DNA from: a virus
IMG/VR virus record: IMGVR_UViG_3300025871_000002
Direction: 5' to 3' (one strand)
Length of the DNA: 34,702 nt
The notes below the pieces were generated by a model. That model was not told the DNA's origin and ran no database searches. It saw nothing but the letters and a program-made list of their open reading frames with translations. Made by a program: the position numbers and the translations under genes. Below are positions 7,132 to 14,082 of this stretch, one piece after another; position 1 is the stretch's first letter; each line of letters starts with the position of its first letter.

Positions 7132-7668
7132 ATGTTAAAGTTTAAATGTCATATTAGAGGAATTGCCCCGTTATTATTTAATAGATTCCCAGAAGAAGAT
7201 AACCCCGCCGACAAACCGAAAGGGAAGAAAGCGGTTCCCAGCAAAGAGGAACAAGTTGAGAAATCTCTTTATCGGGTAGATGGCAAAATCTACACACCGG
7301 CTGAGCATATTGTCGGAACAATGATTAAGGCGGCAAAAACCTTTAAATTGGAGGGAAAGAAATCTTTTAAAGATGTGGTTAAAGGGGGCGTTTTTGTAGA
7401 ACCCCTGAAGATTATTCACGAGAAACAGGCTTTCACCACGGATTGGAGATCAACGGTTGTTCCTGCTACTGGCGGGAGAGTGATGAAAGGCAGAGCGAGG
7501 ATGGATGACTGGGAATTGAAATTTGATTTAGTTTGCCTAGATGAGAGAGCAAATGCTAAAGATTTAAAGGATATTCTTACCTATTCGGGCGCCTACTGCG
7601 GAATTGGCGATTACAGGCCAAGGTATGGAAGATTTGAGGTTGTCAGTATGGATGAAGTGAAGAGTTAA
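7132..7668 (+). CDS. Hypothetical protein (178 aa), family not recognised
   Basis: ORF preceded by SD agaggtga. Globular-looking sequence (IRGIAPLLFNRF...GIGDYRPRYGRFEV). Sits between the terminase and the portal region. Confidence 0.6.
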   Translation: MLKFKCHIRGIAPLLFNRFPEEDNPADKPKGKKAVPSKEEQVEKSLYRVDGKIYTPAEHIVGTMIKAAKTFKLEGKKSFKDVVKGGVFVEPLKIIHEKQAFTTDWRSTVVPATGGRVMKGRARMDDWELKFDLVCLDERANAKDLKDILTYSGAYCGIGDYRPRYGRFEVVSMDEVKS

Positions 7669-7675
7669 TGGTTTG

Positions 7676-7818
7676 GTAAGGTGAGGTGAGGTGAGGTCAG
7701 GTGAGGTAAAGTGAGGTTGGGTGAGGTAAGGTAAGGATTTAGGGGTTCGGTGGGGTTGGGTGGGGTTTGGTTAGGTGAGGTGAGGTGATGTCAGGTACTG
7801 TATGGTAGGGTATGGTTT
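7676..7818 (+). repeat. C-depleted GGTGA/GTNAG pentamer arrays (12 and about 9 units) flanking a G4-type core
   Basis: 7676-7735 reads gtaag gtgag gtgag gtgag gtcag gtgag gtaaa gtgag gttgg gtgag gtaag gtaag. 7742-7765 reads GGGGttcggtGGGGttGGGtGGGG. 7774-7818 holds degenerate ggtga units. There are only 4 C in 7669-7820, and TGA occurs in all + frames. Confidence 0.95.
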
Positions 7819-7836
7819 TATTTTAAAAACCAGACG

Positions 7837-8151
7837 ATGAAATATGAATTGTCAATCCCAGACTGCAACCTGCAACCCCACCTGGACATCGAGAAGGACA
7901 TCCAGGCGAGGAAGAACGGGTTGTTTAACTTTATTATCCGGGTCAACAACGGAAGGATTGTTGACTATAATTTGATGGAGTACATCAGTGCCAGACAAAA
8001 ATACTTCCAACTTGAAAGAATTATTTGGACGGAACTTACCGTTGCACACCATCATGGAACTGGAAATCAAATCGATGCCGTACGGCCAGATGATCTTCAA
8101 CGTAATGATCAAGGACGGGGTGGCGAGGATCGAGACACTGGAGATTACTAA
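7837..8151 (+). CDS. DUF2292 (YezD)-like small protein; only about the first 53 codons look genuine
   Basis: KNGLFNFIIRVNNGRIVDYNLMEY fits the yG.v.i.v.dG.vv.ie pattern. After the A5 run at 7997-8001 the frame becomes low-complexity (HHHGTGNQ...RGGEDRDTGDY), while a second domain copy continues in the +1 frame. Confidence 0.4.
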   Translation: MKYELSIPDCNLQPHLDIEKDIQARKNGLFNFIIRVNNGRIVDYNLMEYISARQKYFQLERIIWTELTVAHHHGTGNQIDAVRPDDLQRNDQGRGGEDRDTGDY

Positions 8152-8173
8152 GACCAAGCGGATAAGGTATTGA
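7988..8173 (+). CDS. Second DUF2292 (YezD)-like domain, either GTG-initiated or the downstream part of a frameshifted fusion
   Basis: MPYGQMIFNVMIKDGVARIETLEITKTKRIRY matches yGsv.i.v.dG.v..ie..ek.r. No SD is seen before GTG 7988 or ATG 8054. Confidence 0.45.
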   Translation: MPDKNTSNLKELFGRNLPLHTIMELEIKSMPYGQMIFNVMIKDGVARIETLEITKTKRIRY

Positions 8174-8198
8174 CAAACTTTAGCGGTTGTGGTATTTT
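8170..8198 (+). promoter_or_regulatory. Near-consensus sigma70-type promoter (TTGACA, 17-nt spacer, TGgTATTTT)
   Basis: ttgaca at 8170-8175, a 17-nt spacer, then an extended -10 with tg at 8190-8191 and tatttt at 8193-8198. It overlaps the stop codon of the preceding small ORF. Confidence 0.55.
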
Positions 8199-8237
8199 AG
8201 CGCTAATAGTCTGAGACACCTTTTTAGGAGAGTTTAG

Positions 8238-8267
8238 GACGCCGAACGAAAGTTGGCGTCTTTTTTT
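8238..8267 (+). terminator. Intrinsic-terminator-like hairpin plus T7 directly abutting the portal ATG
   Basis: gacgcc (8238-8243) pairs with ggcgtc (8255-8260), with two possible extra inner pairs. The loop is about 7 nt, and ttttttt follows at 8261-8267. The hairpin lies about 35-60 nt downstream of the predicted transcription start. Confidence 0.6.
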
Positions 8268-10082
8268 ATGGCTAACATCCGACAACAGATATTAGAACGA
8301 AAACAAGCGGCTTCCGATTACCTTTCCACTAAGCGGGATTTGTGGGATGAGGTGGAGCAGCTGTTCCACAACCAGCTGACCGATTCTATCTCCAAGAACA
8401 CCACCAAGTCCAATGTCTTTGATCCTAAACTAACTACCCTTATCCTGGAGAGAGGCTACCGGGTGATGGCGCAACTGGCCACCGGCAAGGTCAAGCCGAT
8501 CTCGACTAACGATATTGGTTCGGGCCAACTGATGAACTTGATTTTGGACAAGTGGGTTATCCCCAACGCCAACGCCCAGTTTGACCTTTTAACCAAGTTT
8601 CGGATGACGGACATCTATTCCAACCTTTACGGCAACTTCTTTGCTTTAGTCGATATGGATGTCAAGAAAAACGGCTATGTCGGCCCGGATCTGTGGCTTT
8701 TGAACATCCGGGACGTCTTTCCGCAAGTGGGGGCGGTCTCGGTTGAGGATAGCGATTACATCATTGTCCGCACCTGGAAGCCTCTCTCTTTCTTTGAGAA
8801 CCTAAAAGGGCAACGGGGGTACAAGAACATCACCGAGATTGTTACCAGGTTAAAAGGCAAGACCGGGGACAAGGAAGCGGTTGATTCGGACAGCAAGGGC
8901 CAACGGGCCGAGGATCAGTACCCGACAGGCGAGGCGGCCAAGAACGGCGGCTTTTTCGAGGTTCTGACCCAGTATGAAGGCGACCGGTGGGTTGATTACT
9001 GCGTTGAGGCCGATATGGAGTTTAGAGATCAAGCCAATCCGCACGAGAACGGCGAACTGCCGGTGGTTTGCAAGTATTCGATACCGCTTTTGGATGATTT
9101 TATGGGGATGGGCGACTTCGAGCGGGGGAAGACGATGCAGATGGTGGTCAATTCGGTCTGGAACCTTTACTTAGATGCGGTCAAGATGTCCATCTTCCCG
9201 CCGATTCTAATTAACAAGGACAATTTAGCTTCGGAATCCTCAATCCAGTGGGGGGCGGCGGCCAAGTGGCTGGTCAGGGGCCAGATTAACAACGCCATCT
9301 CGCCGGTTCAGCTCAATCCCCAAGGAATCCAAACCTTCAATAACACTTACCAGGTCGCTTCTTCGGCGATCCTCAATATGTTCGGGACCACCGATACTTC
9401 GGTAACCCAGCAAACCGAGGTGGGCTACGGCAAGACGCCTAAGGCGCTTCAGATGCAGCAGAACCGGGAGAATACCCGGGATAACGCCGACCGCTTCTAT
9501 ATGGAGATGTTTGTCAAAAAAGTGATGAAGAAGATGGTCAACCTGCTTTCCAAGAAGCAAAGCCGGGCGATTACCATTAGGCTTTTCGGGGATGAGATTG
9601 AGCAACTAAAGAGAAACTACCCGGAGATAGAGGAGATGTACAGCCAGGAAAGCGGCAAACTATCTATTCCCAAAAGCAAAACCGGTTCGGTTCTTTACGA
9701 TTACGAGATTGTCAGCGGTTCCACTTATGCTTCGGACCAACAGGCCCAGCAGCAGAACTTAGCCATGTTGATGGAGATGTTTATGAAAGCCCAGACTCCC
9801 AACGGCAACTGGCTGATGCAGACGCTTCAGGAACAGGGGTACACTTTGAAATTTGGGGAATTGTTTAAGCGGATCGTCTCCAACTCCGGAATACAGGACT
9901 GGGACAAGATTTTAGAGGAGATGACCGACCAGGAGAAATCAGAACAGATATTAGGGGCCGACCGGATGAAATTCGAGCAGGCGTTGATGCAGGCGCAGGG
10001 GATGAACCAGATACCGGCCCAACAACCGATGCCGGAGCCGATGCCCGGGCAGATGCCGCCGGAAGGAGGGATAATTGGATAA
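8268..10082 (+). CDS. Portal protein (604 aa)
   Basis: Assigned by size, position between terminase and scaffold/capsid, and a Gln/Pro/Met-rich C-terminal tail. ATG 8268 is preferred over the track's TTG 8253, which lies inside the hairpin. Confidence 0.72.
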   Translation: MANIRQQILERKQAASDYLSTKRDLWDEVEQLFHNQLTDSISKNTTKSNVFDPKLTTLILERGYRVMAQLATGKVKPISTNDIGSGQLMNLILDKWVIPNANAQFDLLTKFRMTDIYSNLYGNFFALVDMDVKKNGYVGPDLWLLNIRDVFPQVGAVSVEDSDYIIVRTWKPLSFFENLKGQRGYKNITEIVTRLKGKTGDKEAVDSDSKGQRAEDQYPTGEAAKNGGFFEVLTQYEGDRWVDYCVEADMEFRDQANPHENGELPVVCKYSIPLLDDFMGMGDFERGKTMQMVVNSVWNLYLDAVKMSIFPPILINKDNLASESSIQWGAAAKWLVRGQINNAISPVQLNPQGIQTFNNTYQVASSAILNMFGTTDTSVTQQTEVGYGKTPKALQMQQNRENTRDNADRFYMEMFVKKVMKKMVNLLSKKQSRAITIRLFGDEIEQLKRNYPEIEEMYSQESGKLSIPKSKTGSVLYDYEIVSGSTYASDQQAQQQNLAMLMEMFMKAQTPNGNWLMQTLQEQGYTLKFGELFKRIVSNSGIQDWDKILEEMTDQEKSEQILGADRMKFEQALMQAQGMNQIPAQQPMPEPMPGQMPPEGGIIG

Positions 10083-10395
10083 ATCAGCCCTTAGACCGGA
10101 AACCTTTTTGGCCAATATGCCGTCGATGGCAGCCGAACAGGAAGCGGCCAAGAAGGGAGCAACGGAAGAAGAAGTCGCCTTAGCCAATATGGGCAAGACG
10201 CACGGTTGGCGGGTTTTGAGAGAATACATCGGGAAAGTGGAAGAGGATTTGGACAACAAGAACGCCGAGGCAATCGCCGGAGGCAAAGCACTAGAGGAAA
10301 TTGGTTTAAACACAATCGTTATTAACCTAACCAAAGAAATTATTAAAAAGGTCCTTGACAAAGTTGAGGATGCCAAGGAAGCGTGTGAAAAATGA
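10075..10395 (+). CDS. Hypothetical head-module protein (106 aa), TTG start
   Basis: Strong SD aggagg (10064-10069) lies 5 nt before TTG 10075. Acidic helical protein. Confidence 0.55.
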   Translation: MDKSALRPETFLANMPSMAAEQEAAKKGATEEEVALANMGKTHGWRVLREYIGKVEEDLDNKNAEAIAGGKALEEIGLNTIVINLTKEIIKKVLDKVEDAKEACEK

Positions 10396-10633
10396 AGAGA
10401 AAATCAAGGAAGAACTGGAGGCACCCCTTGAAGAAATCCGCGACCTTAGCCGGCCGGATTTTCGCTACGATCCGCCGCCTAATCACGACTGGCGGCAACA
10501 AGGTTATTACTTGGTTTGTCATTCGTGCGAAATCCAGCATGCGGTCTGGATTGGCCCGGAAAAGATCATGGTCGGGATTGACGAAAAAGGGGCGCCGATC
10601 CTCAAAACACGCCGGGAATTGAAGATGGCGTAA
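10385..10633 (+). CDS. Small hypothetical protein (about 82 aa)
   Basis: The frame of track ORF 10355..10633 looks protein-like (PPPNHDWRQQGYYLVCHSCEIQHAVWIGPEKIMVGIDEKG). GTG 10385 after aaggaa is proposed as the start, which is uncertain. The overlapping K/R-rich frame 10392..10622 is rejected. Confidence 0.45.
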   Translation: MKNEEKIKEELEAPLEEIRDLSRPDFRYDPPPNHDWRQQGYYLVCHSCEIQHAVWIGPEKIMVGIDEKGAPILKTRRELKMA

Positions 10634-10742
10634 ATGTTTGCTTTGGGCAAGAGTTTGGGCCACCTCCCTTCGCTTGCCCGGAGCAAGCATTTAGGCTTGG
10701 GTATTCTCACATGGCCAAATCGGTGTGATGAAAGGAGATCGT

Positions 10743-11528
10743 ATGAAAAACGATCAAGCGGCGTTAAAAGATAAGGGTGAGGCAGAAAACATCCTTGGTA
10801 CCCCGCCAGTATCAGAACCGGAATTAAAAGAACCGGAAGCGGCTGGGGAAGCAGCCGAGACCGAGATTGAAGCGACGGCCGAAGTCAAGGAGGAGGCAGC
10901 CGAAACAGCGGAGAGTCCTAAAAAAGGCGCTCAAGCCCGGATTAGGGAACTGCACGCCAAAGCCGAAAAGGCGGAGGAACGGGCAACCGAGGCGGAAACC
11001 AAAGCACAGTCTTTGGCGGAAAAGCTTGCGGATCTCACGGGTTCAGTAGAACCCCAGGTGCCACCGGCACCATATTTTCCGCAAGCAGAGCCGGGGGCAG
11101 AGATTACCAGCGAGCAGTACAAACAGGATGTTTTGCAAACAGCGGACGCTCTTGTTCAACTGCGGGTTAAGCAATCAGAAGCCGTTAACCGGATAAACAA
11201 CGAAGCCAACGAGGTGCTGAGGAAATACCCTCAGCTTGATCCGGAAAACGACGCTTTTGACAAGGAACTCTCCGACACGGTGAGTGAGGCGACGGAAGCC
11301 TACGTTAAGGCCAATCCGTATTCCGCATCAGTCAAAAAGTTTGTGGCTAAACTGATGAAACCCTACGAAAGGGCAGTCGCCAGGGAGGTCAGCCAGCAGT
11401 CGGAGAACATTGCCAAGCAGGTATCCCAAACCGCCATGAGGCCGACCCAAGTTGCCACAACAGAGAAGGAAGACAAAGATTTAACGATCGAGGAATTGGA
11501 AAAAAAGTACGGGATCGTTCATTCATAG
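10743..11528 (+). CDS. Scaffolding protein (261 aa)
   Basis: Highly acidic Ala/Glu-rich coiled-coil sequence directly upstream of the major capsid gene. SD aaaggag lies 5 nt before ATG 10743. Confidence 0.65.
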   Translation: MKNDQAALKDKGEAENILGTPPVSEPELKEPEAAGEAAETEIEATAEVKEEAAETAESPKKGAQARIRELHAKAEKAEERATEAETKAQSLAEKLADLTGSVEPQVPPAPYFPQAEPGAEITSEQYKQDVLQTADALVQLRVKQSEAVNRINNEANEVLRKYPQLDPENDAFDKELSDTVSEATEAYVKANPYSASVKKFVAKLMKPYERAVAREVSQQSENIAKQVSQTAMRPTQVATTEKEDKDLTIEELEKKYGIVHS

Positions 11529-11574
11529 GACTTGGCAAATGGACAGATTTGTCCGGAAAGGAGTGTGATATAAC

Positions 11575-12498
11575 ATGGCAACAGACAACCTAACAAGTAC
11601 TCTTACGCCGGCAATGTCGACTTACTACGAAAAGGTTTTCTTAGCAAAGGCGCAGTACAAACTGGTCCTTGAAGAAGGAGGCCAAGTAAGAACGCATCCG
11701 GCTAATGAGGGTAAGACAGTCAACTTTACCAGAATGTTACCATCGGCGATTGACGCTTCGCCCTTGACTGAATCCTGCAACCCGCCGGCTTGTATCATCA
11801 GCGCCTGTACGGTAGCGATGACGCTGGCTGAGTATGGAAAAACTTTCCGAAGCTCAAAGTTTCTTTCTTTGACTTCGATTGACTCCAAACAAAAGGAATT
11901 CATTGAAGTGGCCGGTCAATCAATGGGGGAAACTCTGAACCGTGTCGTCCGAGAGGAACTCCGCAACGGCACCGCCTTCAGACCGAATGGTCATACGGTG
12001 GCGACCATGGCGGCAGGGGATGTCCTTTCCGCTTCAGCGATCAGGGAGATGGTTAAGACTTTAGAGTTAGCTTACGCATTACCCTATCCTGACGGGACGT
12101 TCATGGGAAAGACCAATCCTTACTCCAAATTCAGTTTGCTCGGAGATTCGACTTGGATTAACGCCAAGACCTACTCCGATGTCAAAGACCTGTATATGGG
12201 GGAGATGGGAGAACTGTACCAAGTCCGATGGCTGAACAACTTGGACGAGCAGGCCGTTTGCGAGGCAACTTCAACGGCAGCTTCCACGGTGGCGGTTTAC
12301 TACACCTATGTTCATGGAGACCAATCCTTTGGTGTCTATGACCTGGCAGGTGACCAGCCGAAGTTGTACATTCTTCCCAACGTGGTGGACTCCGGTTCAC
12401 CTGCGGGCAGAATCAGCTTAATCTCTTGGGCAGGTTCTTACGTAGCTAAATTGTTGAACGACGAATGGGTATTGGCTTGCAGATTTACAGCGGCATAA
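11575..12498 (+). CDS. Major capsid protein (HK97-fold type, 307 aa)
   Basis: Positioned after the scaffold gene. The N-terminus TSTLTPAMSTYYEKVFLAKAQYKLVLEEGGQVRTHPANEGKTVNFTRM is typical of the podovirus and N4-gp56-like capsid family (recollection). A strong hairpin follows. Confidence 0.8.
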   Translation: MATDNLTSTLTPAMSTYYEKVFLAKAQYKLVLEEGGQVRTHPANEGKTVNFTRMLPSAIDASPLTESCNPPACIISACTVAMTLAEYGKTFRSSKFLSLTSIDSKQKEFIEVAGQSMGETLNRVVREELRNGTAFRPNGHTVATMAAGDVLSASAIREMVKTLELAYALPYPDGTFMGKTNPYSKFSLLGDSTWINAKTYSDVKDLYMGEMGELYQVRWLNNLDEQAVCEATSTAASTVAVYYTYVHGDQSFGVYDLAGDQPKLYILPNVVDSGSPAGRISLISWAGSYVAKLLNDEWVLACRFTAA

Positions 12499-12512
12499 CA
12501 ATTTAGTTGCTG

Positions 12513-12543
12513 GTTGGGGGAAAGCCAGATAATTTCCCCCAAC
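12513..12543 (+). terminator. Perfect 11-bp stem hairpin after the capsid gene (no U-tract)
   Basis: gttgggggaaa / 9-nt loop gccagataa / tttcccccaac. Probably a partial terminator or an mRNA-stabilising 3' hairpin. Confidence 0.45.
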
Positions 12544-12559
12544 ATATCTGGCGGTAACT

Positions 12560-12832
12560 ATGGATATTGACTACGGCAGAAAATTCGATTTAGAAGAAAT
12601 CTATTTACAAATTAAGCAGGCAAAATCCAGCGACGAAAAGAAGCATTGGGAAAAACTGTTTCAGCGGGTATTGAACGAGAGCCGGGCAACGGGAAAATTA
12701 AGGGAAAATTTAATCCGGGCCGTTCGGGGCAACGACCGGCGGGCAGTCAGGTATTATTCGCAAAAGCTGGAGAACCTGCAACAGGAGCAATATGGCGGAC
12801 ACTATTTTCAGAAGTCGCCTAGAGAAGACTGA
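12560..12832 (+). CDS. Hypothetical protein (90 aa)
   Basis: ORF in the head module. Basic and helical. Confidence 0.5.
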   Translation: MDIDYGRKFDLEEIYLQIKQAKSSDEKKHWEKLFQRVLNESRATGKLRENLIRAVRGNDRRAVRYYSQKLENLQQEQYGGHYFQKSPRED

Positions 12833-13226
12833 AACTAAACCTCCGGAAGAACCGGTGGCAAAAATTAGCCCCCTTCCGGGCGGCGGGGACAAGGTGGAAG
12901 TGCCTTACCTTGATTACGAAAGGCAACACGGCAAGCCTTACCTGGTGGAGTACTTTAAATTGGGCGAACTTTGGAATGATAAGGTCGGCGGATTTGAGGA
13001 GGAAATCGCCCAAATTGAAGGTTATATCAGGGAACAGATTGAACAGGGCGAGATTGAGAACTCCCTGGAAGCCGCCAACTACCTTTTAAAGGCGATCGAG
13101 AAGGAGTGCAACGCCGACAAAGGGGAAAGATTAATTAATAAAATCGCCAAGATGGCCGCCTATGCCGATTTTTTAAGAAAAACAAAGGAAATTGATAAGA
13201 ATTCTTTTAAGTATGGTCAAAAATGA
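12792..13226 (+). CDS. Hypothetical head-module protein (144 aa)
   Basis: ORF with an ATGA overlap to the next gene. The start is uncertain because it overlaps the previous ORF by 41 nt. Confidence 0.55.
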   Translation: MADTIFRSRLEKTETKPPEEPVAKISPLPGGGDKVEVPYLDYERQHGKPYLVEYFKLGELWNDKVGGFEEEIAQIEGYIREQIEQGEIENSLEAANYLLKAIEKECNADKGERLINKIAKMAAYADFLRKTKEIDKNSFKYGQK

Positions 13227-13915
13227 CAATTCCGGATAGAAAAAATTTACCAAGCATCCATAAAAGCGAACAGCGGAGTAATTATTTAAAATTTTTTATG
13301 GACGATCTACAAAAAAGGGTAATTGAGCTATCCTTTAAACACCAGAAACCTCATATAGGAAGTTGTCTGACCTCTGTCGGCTTAATCGACAAAATTTATT
13401 CCGTTAAGAAAAAAGACGAACCGTTTATCCTCAGTAACGGCCATGCCGGACTGGCTTTGTTCTGCGTTCTGGAGAAATACGAAAAAAAGGATGCCGAAAA
13501 GTTGTGCCTCAAATACGGCACCCATCCCCGGAGGTGCCTCAAAGATGGGATTTGGGTGACCACTGGCAGTCTGGGGCATGGTCTGCCAATCGCCGTCGGC
13601 ATGGCTTTGGCCAATCCTAAAAGGAATGTCTATGTTCTAACCTCGGACGGCGAGATGGCCGAAGGGAGTATGTGGGAAGCCTTGAGAATTGCCGCCGACC
13701 TGAGATTGGAGAATTTGAGAATTACGGTTGACGCCAACGGCCACGGCGCATATTCCCTGATCGACGCCGACCTGCTGGATTTAAGGATGAATTACTTTTA
13801 TCCGAGTTTAGTTATCAAAACCAATACTTATGACTACCCCGAATACTTGAATGGCATTAAGGGCCACTACACGGTCTTAGACGAGGCGAAATATGAGGAG
13901 GTGATGAAATGTTAG
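13223..13915 (+). CDS. Transketolase-like ThDP enzyme, N-terminal (PP-binding) subunit
   Basis: HIGSCLTS, FILSNGHAGLALF, TTGSLGHGLPIAVGMALA, and the ThDP motif LTSDGEMAEGSMWEALRIAADLRLENLRITVDANG (GDG-X-N type). Confidence 0.85.
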   Translation: MTIPDRKNLPSIHKSEQRSNYLKFFMDDLQKRVIELSFKHQKPHIGSCLTSVGLIDKIYSVKKKDEPFILSNGHAGLALFCVLEKYEKKDAEKLCLKYGTHPRRCLKDGIWVTTGSLGHGLPIAVGMALANPKRNVYVLTSDGEMAEGSMWEALRIAADLRLENLRITVDANGHGAYSLIDADLLDLRMNYFYPSLVIKTNTYDYPEYLNGIKGHYTVLDEAKYEEVMKC

Positions 13916-14082
13916 AAAAAGAACAACATTTTAAGACTGCCTGCGGGGTTTGCGGAAAAGATTTTGATAAACCGCAGTTTCCCGAACAGCAACCCCAACA
14001 GGCCAATGTTACCCAGGTGATTATTTGCGAACCGTGTCTAATGAAACACGAAAAGGGCGAAGGAGAGATAAATGGACATTAA
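13909..14082 (+). CDS. Possible 57-aa zinc-ribbon protein between the two ThDP-enzyme subunits (below the track cutoff)
   Basis: ATG 13909 overlaps the upstream stop. Translation: MLEKEQHFKTACGVCGKDFDKPQFPEQQPQQANVTQVIICEPCLMKHEKGEGEINGH (CxxC...CxxC). The stop at 14080-14082 overlaps the next gene by 11 nt. Confidence 0.4.
   Translation: MLEKEQHFKTACGVCGKDFDKPQFPEQQPQQANVTQVIICEPCLMKHEKGEGEINGH

Noticed and set aside
7676-7818. Possibility that the pentamer array, or the 22-25 bp junction repeats at 2656, 2841 and 3825, is a CRISPR array
   Set aside because: The pentamer units are contiguous 5-mers with no spacers. The junction repeats are separated by whole genes of unequal length (about 160 and 960 bp) and lie inside coding sequence. 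No cas genes are present.
8253-8267. Track start (TTG 8253) for the portal ORF
   Set aside because: It lies inside the 3' arm of the hairpin and T-run and adds only MASFF. ATG 8268 (MANIRQQ...) is the more plausible start, although neither has a canonical SD.
8850-10710. Minus-strand and off-frame ORFs over the portal and downstream genes (8850..9044, 8974..9174, 9240..9605, 9951..10376, 10091..10315, 10343..10690, 10392..10622, 10519..10710)
   Set aside because: These are shadow ORFs in a moderately GC-rich coding region. They have no SDs and biased R/L/P/S composition, and they conflict with well-supported + strand genes.
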